A stretch of 63,958 nucleotides of DNA, filler included, from Octopus bimaculoides (taxonomy: Eukaryota): assembly GCF_001194135.2 (NCBI RefSeq). It is 6 parts of 6 records of this genome, joined end to end, with 100 filler letters (N's around TTAATTAATTAA, not from the genome) between each part and the next. Parts side by side here need not be neighbours in the genome. Positions count along the whole stretch, not along the records: positions 9,384 to 19,389 come from NC_068981.1; positions 19,490 to 27,852 come from NC_068989.1; 4 more parts are not named here. One strand, given 5' to 3'. This document shows positions 10,997-21,885 of this stretch, in pieces (positions within the stretch are counted from its first letter, which is position 1; every line of letters starts with the position of its first letter). The notes under the pieces are model-generated. The model worked only from the letters and a program-made list of their open reading frames with translations. It searched no databases and was not told where the DNA came from. The position numbers and the translations under genes are program-made.

Positions 10997-11832
10997 CAGG
11001 GTGCGGGGAATATATTGTCGTCTAAATTACGCAAAAGTGAAAATAACACTGAGATCTCATTTTAACAGATATATTTATCAAAACTACATAAACATATCTT
11101 GAAATTTATTCAATAAAATCGCCATTGGCTTCAACCACGGCCTCCAAACGACTTCGGAATCTCCCGCAACTCTTTTGAGCGGTCTCCTTGTTTAAGTTGG
11201 TGAATGCTGCTATAATCCGTGCCTTCAGATTATCTTTGGTGTCACAAGGGTTTTCTCGCTCAGTTGCATCGGTCTCTCGCTCAACACATAATAATCAAGG
11301 GGGTTGCAGTCTGGGGAGTAGGTGGTAAGATGTTAAGAGTGATGCGGTCACAGAAATTGTCTGACAGCCATGTCAGGGTTCTCCTGCTTGTGTGGCATGG
11401 TGTAGAGTCTTGTTGCCAGACATAAGGTTTTCCAGCAGCCACCCTCTTCACCCAGGGCAGCACTACCTCCTCCAGAGACTTGAGTCTGAGGCCGTGTAAG
11501 AAGATGAATGGAGGCATAACGTCGCCATCACTAGTGATCACTCCAAACACCATGATGTTGAATGGATATTTGATCTTTATCGTTCTTGGTACATGCACGC
11601 TCCTCTGATTGACACCCAAACACTCTGAAATGTTCGTATGGGAGCTTCACCGCGAATGCCAAGCAATACATGTCGTTTCCAGATTTCTGGCAGAGTGAAT
11701 CGCGTCATGGTGCTGTTTTCTCACAGCGATGCCCAACTGACCCTACTGTACTGTGTAGTCGACAAAATCAAAAACAATGCGAATGCGAGAATTAAAAATA
11801 TAAATTGGCGACAATTTACCCATCGCATCCTG
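10997..11832 (-). mobile_element. Internally deleted Tc1/mariner-superfamily transposon, maT (DD37D) type
   Basis: Imperfect 26-bp TIRs CAGG(G/A)TGCG...TTGTCG (19/26 match) with TA at the left end. Transposase relic IMVFGVITSDGDVMPPFIF...WQQDSTPCHTSRRT...DCNPLDYYV...RFRSRLEAVVEANGDFIE* (stop at 11106). 37 residues between the last two Asp after correcting a 1-bp deletion. Confidence 0.85.
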
Positions 11833-11838
11833 TGTATG

Positions 11839-11875
<37 letters not shown>

Positions 11876-12934
11876 GTACATATCATTCATACATATATGC
11901 AAGTATATATATACACATATATACATACACACACATACACACACATATGTTTGTTTGTGTGTATGCTTACATCTATAGATTGGTATATAGGTAGCCCATG
12001 TTATCTTTTCATGGCAAATATCTTATATTAGAATGAATACATATCTCCGTTCAAATTTTAGGCTACAGTTCTGCACCAACATTTTGCATAGCAACACATA
12101 TTTTCAATGTTCATATCCGTTTCTGATAGAAACACTTGGAACACTGTATGCCAACAAGCAAAACAACTTATTTGAAAGAATGATGTAAATTATTACTGTG
12201 TTTAGAAAATAAAACACACGTCGTCAGACAATAGAATATGTGAGAATGAAAACGTTTATTTTCAGTTCTATGTTTGTCTTATCTTTTTACATAATTATAT
12301 GGAGCTCTGCTTGGTCCGTCTTTTGAATTGTTTGGTGATCCGTGAATCAACAATCTCGGATCAACAGAAGATTCAGTATTTTGTAGAGCATTTTATTGAA
12401 TATATTTTGAGTTTATGGGGTGAGATTTATTTTAAGTATTTAACCCGGGTAAATCCGGTTACATTCATACATAGAGACATACATGCATACATGTACACAT
12501 GCACACATGTATTTATATCTGTATATATGGATGTCAATATACATGTACATTTGCAGCCACACCCAGCGTAACCTGGGTTTGTGTGTGTGTGTGTCTGTGT
12601 GTGTGTCTGTGTCTGTGTGTGTGTGTATGCGTGTGTGTGTCTATCAACAATAATAATGAGGATTATTACGAGGTTGCATAGCATCACCCTTAATTCTTTT
12701 TACACATATACAGCTTTACATAGATCTGCATGTTTCAACTACACCGATTAGTAACCGTGCAATTTCAATCCTGCTACAATACTGATACATTTTCTCCTGG
12801 GTCATTACTTGATATCCTTCGAATTAACTGTTTACAGTTTTTCGTTTATTTATTCTGCGTTGCATGATGTAGAGTTGTCCGTTAAGTTAGACGGAAAAAA
12901 TCATGCCATATATGTGTGTGTGTTTGCATATATA

Positions 12935-12995
<61 letters not shown>

Positions 12996-13611
12996 NNNNN
13001 NNNNNNNNNNNNNNNNNNNNNNNNNNNNNNNNNNNNNNNNNNNNNNNNNNNNNNNNNNNNNNNNNNNNNNNNNNNNNNNNNNNNNNNNNNNNNNNNNNNN
13101 NNNNNNNNNNNNNNNNNNNNNNNNNNNNNNNNNNNNNNNNNNNNNNNNNNNNNNNNNNNNNNNNNNNNNNNNNNNNNNNNNNNNNNNNNNNNNNNNNNNN
13201 NNNNNNNNNNNNNNNNNNNNNNNNNNNNNNNNNNNNNNNNNNNNNNNNNNNNNNNNNNNNNNNNNNNNNNNNNNNNNNNNNNNNNNNNNNNNNNNNNNNN
13301 NNNNNNNNNNNNNNNNNNNNNNNNNNNNNNNNNNNNNNNNNNNNNNNNNNNNNNNNNNNNNNNNNNNNNNNNNNNNNNNNNNNNNNNNNNNNNNNNNNNN
13401 NNNNNNNNNNNNNNNNNNNNNNNNNNNNNNNNNNNNNNNNNNNNNNNNNNNNNNNNNNNNNNNNNNNNNNNNNNNNNNNNNNNNNNNNNNNNNNNNNNNN
13501 NNNNNNNNNNNNNNNNNNNNNNNNNNNNNNNNNNNNNNNNNNNNNNNNNNNNNNNNNNNNNNNNNNNNNNNNNNNNNNNNNNNNNNNNNNNNNNNNNNNN
13601 NNNNNNNNNNN

Positions 13612-13651
<40 letters not shown>

Positions 13652-13711
13652 GTGTGTGTGTGTGTGTGTCTGTGTATGCATGTATATACACATGTATATA
13701 TATATGCAAGT

Positions 13712-13743
<32 letters not shown>

Positions 13744-13849
13744 ATATATATATGTACATATATATATATACATATATATATGTGTCTGTGTGTGTGCGTG
13801 TGTGTGTGTTGAGATATATATATATGTTGAGATTTGGCGTTCCAATTGT

Positions 13850-13889
<40 letters not shown>

Positions 13890-14997
13890 CAGTAGCAGCA
13901 GCAGCAGTAGCAGCAGCGAAGATGATGAGGATTATGATGATGGTGATGATGATGATAATGATGATGATGATGATGAGCAGAGACAAACGCAAGCTATTCT
14001 TTAAATATATTAAAAAGTTACTGGGTCAATCAATGTATATTATATCACTTAAACAGGACAAAAGCTTCACGATATACTCTAAAACATTCTCAGATGATCA
14101 AGCGACACCTATATACCAATACAGTAGCATACACGTTATTATACGATAGCGTATATAGTTTCTTAATTCTCAAAAAACAAAAGAAAATCACATGAAGACT
14201 CTACATTTTTCATTTTACTCTCAAGTAACCATATAAGCATTACAAGTTAATGAAATACATATTTCACGAGTTGAACGGAGCACAGATGAAAATAAAACCG
14301 AAAATAACTGACTCTTTTGAAACCTAAGCTTCAAATGTTTAGTGAAGCGTACTTGTAATACGTTTATTCTTCCTCAATAACATACAACACAAGAAACTAC
14401 ACAAGAACATCGGAGCATCGAAATGAAATAGCGAAAAAAGTCATTAGAAATTTCAGAAACAAGCAAACGAAGACATATACACCAGATAACTATAATTATA
14501 AACGTACAAATTCAACATAGATTTTGCATGAGTAAAGAAAGCGCAAAGCAAATTAGAAATTAGTCACCTATCTTTGAATCGGGTTTGGTTATATGTGTGT
14601 GTGTGTGTGTGTGTGTGTCTGTGTCTGTGTGTGTGTCTGTGTGTGTGTGCCTGTGTGTGTGTGTGTGTCTGTGTGTGTCTGTGTTGTGTGTGTTGTGTGT
14701 GCGCGCGCGTCTGTATGTGTGTGCGCACGCGCATGCATATGAGCAGATGTCTGTGTTTGTATTTGATGTTAGCGAATATACATATGCATGGACTTGCACG
14801 TGTTTTAGTACGTGATCTCTTCTAAAAATTGAAAAGGGCGTATATCTTTGTGTGTGTGTGCTACTGTATGTCATGCTTTAGCTATATTATATATTTGTGT
14901 TAGCTATAGATTTCTTCCTATTTATCAACTAATTTCCCCACATGAACAGTGAAGGAAAACATTGAAGGCGATTGAAATCATTCCAAATTAGACTTAC

Positions 14998-15027
14998 CAA
15001 CAGTAGATTCAATTTCAGATGGTTTTT
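14998..15027 (-). CDS. Micro-exon E6 (30 nt, class alpha): (E)KPSEIESTV
   Basis: aattttgactttcactcag|AAAAACCATCTGAAATTGAATCTACTGTTG|gtaagt. Paralog of E4. Confidence 0.9.
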
Positions 15028-15395
15028 CTGAGTGAAAGTCAAAATTAACATAAGTTTGTTGCTCAATTATTTCGCACAAAAACACAAATTTGTTTCTATA
15101 TTTGTTAAAATATTTACATATTCCTATTGCAAAGATTTTGCTACTCAGATCATTTCATTTATTAACTATATATCCAATTTATTTAACACGAGAATGTTTA
15201 TGTCTGGTGTTTACACATTTACAAATATTACAAATTATTTCAATTATTCAAAAAATATTGCCGAAATATTTTCTCATCACTGTACAAAGAAATTATTAAT
15301 ATTATTATTTTGAATATACGAAAGTATGATATATATATTGAGAATGATATTATAAATTCTCATCGCGCCAAGGTAGTTATTCCAAAATTGCTTAC

Positions 15396-15425
15396 CGATG
15401 CGTGATTCAGTTTCCGTAACAATTT
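15396..15425 (-). CDS. Micro-exon E5 (30 nt, class beta): (E)IVTETESRI
   Basis: ttgttaatttcacag|AAATTGTTACGGAAACTGAATCACGCATCG|gtaagc. Paralog of E3. Confidence 0.9.
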
Positions 15426-16890
15426 CTGTGAAATTAACAATGTAATCAATTAACTATTGTTTACAAGATTTTGTAAAATAAACAACATATTTTACCTAAA
15501 ATATTCATGAATATTTAAGATGACTTTAGCAGCATGTATTCAGTGTGAAGCATCAAGTATAGATACGTAAGATAAGAAAGAAATAAAAGGCGCTATCAGT
15601 GGCGTGTGCTGATGGGAATGACAATAAATAGGTTGCATATATCATAGCAACAAAAGTCTGGAGAAAAAATTCATACTTCACATCGAACTTGATATGATAT
15701 ATGCAACACAGAAAGAGCTCTATCAGTACACTCCATTGTACGACCTCATTGGAAGCCACTCATCCAAAAGACGAGAGAAAGATGAAACGATATGTGTATG
15801 TAGTGTGTTTTTGAGAGTGTGTATGTGTGTGTGTGTGAGTGTGTGTGTAAGTGTAATTATGTGTGTGTTTGCATCCGTACGTACGTGTGTGTGCGCGCGC
15901 GTGTGTGCGCGCGCGTGTGTGCGTGTGCTATTTCTATAGTTTAACCTTATTTATACATTAAATCTCTTGATAAAATACATCGATGATAGATACATGTTTG
16001 TGCAATAAAAATAATTGACTCGCAGTCGTTGTTCCAAACAATATATTTGCTCCTATAATATGAAGTATATCGATTATCTTAATTCGGCCGTTAGCTCCTG
16101 CTGTACACTTATAAATACATCTTGAAGACAAAAGAAAATAATAAAATTCCAGAAACGACACAGACAGCAACGATCGGTAAATCAGAAATCTATTAAATCA
16201 GTTAAAGATAATACATAGAATGCATGAAAATAAAGCGCAAAGCAAATTAATTATAGTGCAAACATCTTTGTGAAAGTCGGCTTCACTGAATGTCTAGCTA
16301 CCGTCCCGCTAAACGAGAGAGGAATGCACACCATATATTAGGGGCAAATTTTTAAGAGACTCAGAACCAGACACAGTCGAAATATGAATGGATGTGTGGT
16401 GTGTGTATGTGTGTGTTCATATGTGAGAACAAAGTCTGTATACGTATTCCATTATATCTGATATAGAAATACATCAAAGCAGTAAATCATGATAGATGTA
16501 TATCTGTGAAATGAAAGCAGTATTTGATTCACTGTTTGTTCTCCCAGGGTTTGAAAGATATCTAGTAGAATGCGGGAATAGAAAGTTGTAAACAAATCAA
16601 AAATATTACAAACATATATTTGTGAAAATCACTTATTTTTTCTAGGTGTGTTGTTGGTCAATACACGTGGAATTTAATGCACTGCTTACTAATCAAACAT
16701 TTTGCATAAAATTAATTCATTATATATATTATCATATATATAAAATTCCTGGAAGACGATAAAAATACTGTTGTATCCATTTCCGTTCTGTAAGTCAGGC
16801 TTTGCTGTTTTAGCGAGTGCATGTCTGTATGTGTATGTCTACTTGAGTAAGTATGTGTGAAATGTTACATGTGTACCTCCTCGTATTCTA

Positions 16891-17118
16891 TTGGGTTGTC
16901 CGGAAAGTTCGTGCCGATTTTTAAAGGAAAGAAAAAGGTCAATAAATACTTGCCATTACATTTTTAATCAACCAAATATGAACCATTTTGTTGCACAATG
17001 CGTCTCCATCTTTCCTTTAACTTGAAAATACCCTCTTCCCAGAATTGAGGTGGTTTCATAGCAAATAAGTCGAAAGGTAAGATACTATAAATCGGTACGA
17101 ACTTTCCGGACAACCCAA
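16891..17118 (-). mobile_element. Mariner MITE retaining the transposase C-terminus
   Basis: 30-bp TIRs TTGGGTTGTCCGGAAAGTTCGT(G/A)CCGATTT (1 mismatch), TA TSD on both sides. Internal minus strand FAMKPPQFWEEGIFKLKERWRRIVQQNGSYLVD* (stop at 16964). Confidence 0.9.
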
Positions 17119-17355
17119 TAACTTTGTGAGAAAGTGAGTCAGTTCATGTATGTGTATATGTGTCTTGTGTCATCTCTGAAATATATTTAACATTTAAGGT
17201 ATTAATTTGTTATGATCCATACTTAAACAGTGTAGTTTTCGTCATCACATTTTTTTTTTGCGCAGTTATAAATTTCTCCCTGTTTATGACAACCTACTCA
17301 TGGACATTGAAGCCAAACACTGAAAGCGAGTGAAATTGTTTGAAATTAAACTCAC

Positions 17356-17385
17356 CAACTGTTGATTCAACTTCAGATGGTTTTC
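17356..17385 (-). CDS. Micro-exon E4 (30 nt, class alpha): (G)KPSEVESTV
   Basis: cattttaatttttgttcag|GAAAACCATCTGAAGTTGAATCAACAGTTG|gtgagt. Paralog of E6. Confidence 0.9.
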
Positions 17386-17699
17386 CTGAACAAAAATTAA
17401 AATGAAATACAATAAACATAATGTCCAATTATTTCATTCGCAAACAAAATTGTATATATTTGTTAATATGTTTACATACATATTTATGCATGCGAGTTTA
17501 CTACAATTGTCATAATGATGATCTATTTCCTAAATGTATGCATTGAACTAGACCATGCTTACATCTGTAATTTATTCCATTATAAGTTTCACAAGCTTAT
17601 TTGAATTAGGACATTTTCTCAACGCATACTGAAGTATGATATGTATTCAAAAGAAAGCAATTTTTTTCGAACGTATGTAGTTATTTAAAAATTGCTTAC

Positions 17700-17729
17700 C
17701 TATACGAGATTCGGTTTCTGTAACAATTT
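17700..17729 (-). CDS. Micro-exon E3 (30 nt, class beta): (E)IVTETESRI
   Basis: ttattaatttcacag|AAATTGTTACAGAAACCGAATCTCGTATAG|gtaagc. Peptide identical to E5 with 5 third-position synonymous differences. Confidence 0.9.
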   Translation of the reverse strand, partial: KLLQKPNLV

Positions 17730-18037
17730 CTGTGAAATTAATAACGTAATCAATTAACTTTTGCCTTCATCAATTTGTAAAATAAACAATTATTAAATTG
17801 CTTAGTTTCAATAAAATTTATCAGTAAGTATGCACGGAATTATTCTTCAGGATACTTCCACACTGATTCCGTAAGTATAAATTAATATGAATAACATAGG
17901 TTAACGTTCAATAGTCAATATATTATAGAAAGCGTAGTATTTTACATATTAATTTGTATTAAAGCCAATCGTATTACAATTATTTGCAATGAAAATAGCA
18001 ATTATAAAACGAATAATAGTATAGATAATGTATGTAC

Positions 18038-18240
18038 CATTATTTACATTTGACGGATATTTGTCGAAAAATACATTAGGAATGAGAACCCAGGTTCGAA
18101 ATTTCCCCAAGACACCTGATGAAGGCTGGAGGATATATCAGCCGAAATGTTGTGTTAACAACAAACAAGATGAGGATAAATATCCGTCAAATGTAAATAA
18201 TGTACATAATACCTCATCTCTTAACTATAGAACTGTATGT
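18038..18240 (+). mobile_element. Penelope-like element terminal fragment with short inverted tail
   Basis: Perfect 25-bp inverted repeat CATTATTTACATTTGACGGATATTT (18038-18062 / 18178-18202) flanking a hammerhead motif. Hammerheads plus partial inverted LTRs are typical of Penelope-like elements (inference). Confidence 0.6.
18111..18156 (+). ncRNA. Minimal type I hammerhead ribozyme motif
   Basis: GACAC-CTGATGA-A-GGCTG(gaggatatat)CAGCC-GAAA-TGTT-GTGTT. Stem I GACAC/GTGTT, CUGAUGA and GAAA core, stem II GGCTG/CAGCC, GUU cleavage triplet; position 15.2 is T rather than C. Confidence 0.7.
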
Positions 18241-18280
18241 ATGTATCATATTTTCTTAAATATAGTTAAAAGACACTCAC

Positions 18281-18310
18281 CAACCGTGGCTTCTACCTCA
18301 GTAGGTTGTT
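18281..18310 (-). CDS. Micro-exon E2 (30 nt, class alpha): (E)QPTEVEATV
   Basis: tcttttattccgcatttag|AACAACCTACTGAGGTAGAAGCCACGGTTG|gtgagt. Same length and phase as, and paralogous to, E4/E6. Confidence 0.85.
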
Positions 18311-19283
18311 CTAAATGCGGAATAAAAGATTATGACATCAGAATTCACACCACGTACGAAGAGTAAATCAGAGATATATATAGAAACACAATAAAAAACT
18401 GTTCGTTTGCCTTCACTTTACTAAAGTAGGGATATTCTACAGTGCTATAATTTTTCATTATTATTATTTTGCGAGGACGCAATGCATAATTTCACAATTT
18501 CATATAGATAGTGAAGTTTACAGATAAGTTCCAGTTAGTTACTGAAGGAAATTATGTAACAAACTGGCAAGAATTCATTTTAAGACAGTTACAATTTTAA
18601 TATTTATAGTCATATCCAATTGCACCGTCGATAATTTACAAACATTATTAGTGAGTATGCTGAATAATTTCAGATTATCAATTCTTTTATAAATAACTTT
18701 AACATCCTATTAATAAATTCATTTAGAAATTATGGAATTTTAAAAATTGCTTTTATTATGGGAAGAGCAACGTGTGTTTCAAATTATAACATTCGCTACG
18801 CATACATACAATATGAAGAAAGGAAGAAATTACTTAACATAATTTTTATATATGTGAATAGAACGATTGAGGGGAAACTATGAAACGCGAAAAAGCTACA
18901 TCACATTAACGAAAATAAAACTTTGCACACAATCGGTATCATACTATTGATTACAATATTTTATAATGAGTCTAATTTTCTGTTCAATGAGTATATTTCG
19001 CATATACTAGAGTGTATTTTCTCTGAAATCTCAACAAAATCTTTTTAACTGAAAATAGGTGGGTTTTTGTCTTTTTTTTTTTTTTACATATATCAGGTTG
19101 TATGTTTCTATGTCGAATAATTAACGATTCAAATAGAAGCGAGAATACCCTCCAAAGAGCCAAAGCACATGTACAGCACATATTCCTTCTCAAAAACATT
19201 ACGCTATAATAAAAGGAGGCATTGAAATTAAATTCAACGACAAGCGGAAGCAAAAAGTCATTTGCAAATATTCTGCCACTCAC

Positions 19284-19313
19284 CAACTGTAGATTCCACC
19301 ATAGAATGTGTTT
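19284..19313 (-). CDS. Micro-exon E1 (30 nt, phase 1-1, class alpha): (E)THSMVESTV
   Basis: Minus strand ccttaatctttgtctag|AAACACATTCTATGGTGGAATCTACAGTTG|gtgagt. Canonical AG/GT, 30 nt, open, homologous to E2/E4/E6 (ends ESTV+G). Confidence 0.8.
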
Positions 19314-19489
19314 CTAGACAAAGATTAAGGTAAAATTTGTATTATGTTAGTTACGTCATAAAGAATATAGGATATCAAAAGGTTTATATNNNNNNNNNNN
19401 NNNNNNNNNNNNNNNNNNNNNNNNNNNNNNNNNTTAATTAATTAANNNNNNNNNNNNNNNNNNNNNNNNNNNNNNNNNNNNNNNNNNNN

Positions 19490-19625
19490 GTAACTGGTAC
19501 TTAATTTATCGACCTCGAAAGGATGAAAGGCAAAGTCGACCTCAGCGGAATTCGAACTCAGAACGTAACGGCAGACGAAATACCGCTAAGCATTTCGCCC
19601 GGTGCGCTAACGATTCTGCCAGCTC
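19490..19625 (-). mobile_element. SINE family A copy
   Basis: AACTGGTACTTAATTTATCGACCTCGAAAGGATGAAAGGCAAAGTCGACCTCAGCGGAATTCGAACTC. Confidence 0.85.
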
Positions 19626-19736
19626 ACCACAAGCTTCTTACCACACAGCCACTCCTAAGCCTATATATCATATATTGCTTAATGCCATTATATGATGCAG
19701 CCTTTGTTTGTTTATAACAGCCTGGTGTGCTCAAAT

Positions 19737-19990
19737 GAGATGCTGCTGTTATGTTTAGCATGTCCAAATACTATACACAGGTTCCCTCTTCACTGGATCC
19801 TTCCCTTTCTAATACAAACCACTCAATGTGCTTGAAGGAGATGCTGCTGTTGTTTCTAGCATGTCAAGCCACCATACAAAGGTTCTCTCTTTCCTAGATG
19901 CCCTTTCTACTACAAACCACCCAGAGAGGTTGAAGGAGATGCTGCTGTTATCTCTAGCATGTCAAAAGACCTTTAAATTGCTTAGACAAA
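19737..19990. repeat. ~100-bp tandem repeat x ~2.5-3
   Basis: GAGATGCTGCTGTT...AGCATGTC recurs at 19737, 19838 and 19936. Confidence 0.8.
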
Positions 19991-20079
19991 CTGAAGCAAG
20001 TAGCTTTGGAGGTCTTATGCGTACAGCTTGTTAACCAACCAGCAAAAAAAAAAAAATAGAAGTCACAGATTTACGATAC

Positions 20080-20186
20080 ATACACATGTAGGCAAGATCA
20101 TACACATGTAGGCAAGATCATACACATGTAGGCAAGATCATACACATGTAGGCAAGATCATACACATGTAGGCAAGATCATACACA
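20080..20186. repeat. Perfect 20-bp minisatellite x5
   Basis: ATACACATGTAGGCAAGATC repeated 5 times plus a partial unit. Confidence 0.95.
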
Positions 20187-20748
20187 ACGTGCACCATACA
20201 TATCAGCACTTCACACAGATATTGAATCTATCACATTTAAACATCAAATATGTTGATTGAATTTTAGAAATCAAGAACAATGCTTTGATGCAAACAAATT
20301 ATCAAATTATTAAAATATTTAACGAAAAAAAAATTATTGATAAAAAAAAAAAGGGCAACTTTGCACAAGAATTTACACAAGGAAAACATAAATGACAGAG
20401 GTAGAAGCAGGAACAGAAACAACAATGTTTAAACAATTAAGCTATTTGTCACGATTACAGAAAATACATGCACACACACATACACACACACATAAGAATA
20501 CTCAATAAACAACATAATTGAATTGATGATCAATATAACAACAAACAGAAAAGATAAAGAAATGTCTCTAACGTTGAAAATTCATCAATAGCAAATATGT
20601 ATCAGTATAAAGTAGAAGAAAATAATGTGGTGATGAAGAAACAAAAAAAATAAATAAATAAAAAAAAATTAGTATTAAAAAGATACGGTTCTCCTTCCTA
20701 CCACAATAATAATAATAATAATAATAATAAATAATAATGTTGATAAAT

Positions 20749-21316
20749 CATCATCATCATCGTTTAACGTCCGCCTTCCATGCTGGCATGGGTTGGATGA
20801 TTTGACTGAGGACTGGTGAACCGGATGGCTTTACCAGGCTCCAATCTGATCTGGCAGAGTTTCTACAGCTGGATGCACTTCCTAACGTCGACCACTCCAA
20901 GAGTGTAGTGGGTGCTTTTTACGTGCCACTGGCACGAGGGCCAGTCAGGTGGTACTGGCAACGACCACGCTCAAAATGGTGTTTGTTACGTGCCACCTGC
21001 ACAGGAGCCAGTCCAGCGGCACTGGCAACAACCTCGCGCAAATGTTTTCTAACGTGCCAGTAAGGCGACACTGGTAACAATCACGCTCAAATGGTGCTAT
21101 TTACATGCCACTGGCACGGAAGCCAGGCAGCTGCTCTGGCAATGATCACACTCGGACGGTGCTGTTAGTGCTCCACTGGCACAGGTGCCAGTCATCGAAT
21201 ATGGTTCAATTACAATTTCGATTTCACTTGCCCCAACAGGTCTTCGCAAGCAGAGTTTAGTGTCCAATGAAGGAGAGGTTGGCATGGGTGCCAGTCGTCA
21301 AATTTGGTTCGATTTC
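20749..21316 (-). mobile_element. Full-length family C retroposon with internal sub-repeats and TSD
   Basis: (CAT)n tail at left; GATAAAT direct repeat at 20742-20748 and 21317-21323; internal ~70-bp GTGCCACTGGCAC...CACGCTCAAA repeats. Confidence 0.8.
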
Positions 21317-21434
21317 GATAAATGATTTTTCATTTGACACAAGGGTGAAGGATGAGGTAATCAATACAAAGAGAAACAGAGATTGTGGGAGTTTACATTT
21401 AATGAAATGAGAATAATAATAATAATAAAAATAA

Positions 21435-21850
21435 TAATGATTTGAAATTTTGGCACAAGGTCAGGAACTTCAGGGGAGGGGTTAAATCAATTACATCTAG
21501 TACTTATTGTATTGACCCCAAAAGGATAAAGTTGAGCTTGACAGAGTTTGAACTCAGAACATAAAAACATGAAATACAGCTAAGCATTTTTCCCCAGCAT
21601 GCTAATGATTCTGATGGCTCACCATCTTAAATAATAATAATAATAAGAAGAACGATTTCAAATTTTGGCACAAGGCCAGAAAAAATTCAGGGGCAGTGAT
21701 AAGTCTACTGCATCGACCCCAGTGCTCAGCTGGTACTACTTATTTTATCGACTTTTGGCAGAATTTGAACTCAGAGCATAGAAATGGACAAAATACAGCT
21801 AAGTATTTTGCCAGCCGTGCTAACGATTCTGTCAGCATGCCGCCACCTTA
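21435..21850 (-). mobile_element. Two tandem SINE family A copies with (AAT)n spacers
   Basis: AAATTTTGGCACAAGG...GAATTTGAACTCAGA...GCTAA(T/C)GATTCTG occurs twice. Confidence 0.75.

Positions 21851-21885
<35 letters not shown>

Noticed and set aside
12041-12122. Additional micro-exon candidates between E6 and E7 (12041-12070; acceptor at 12122 starting AAACGGATATG)
   Set aside because: The first has an in-frame TAG and a poor acceptor; the second has no suitable GT donor at a multiple of 3.
20080-20186. CRISPR-like array
   Set aside because: Contiguous identical units with no spacers, in eukaryotic context.
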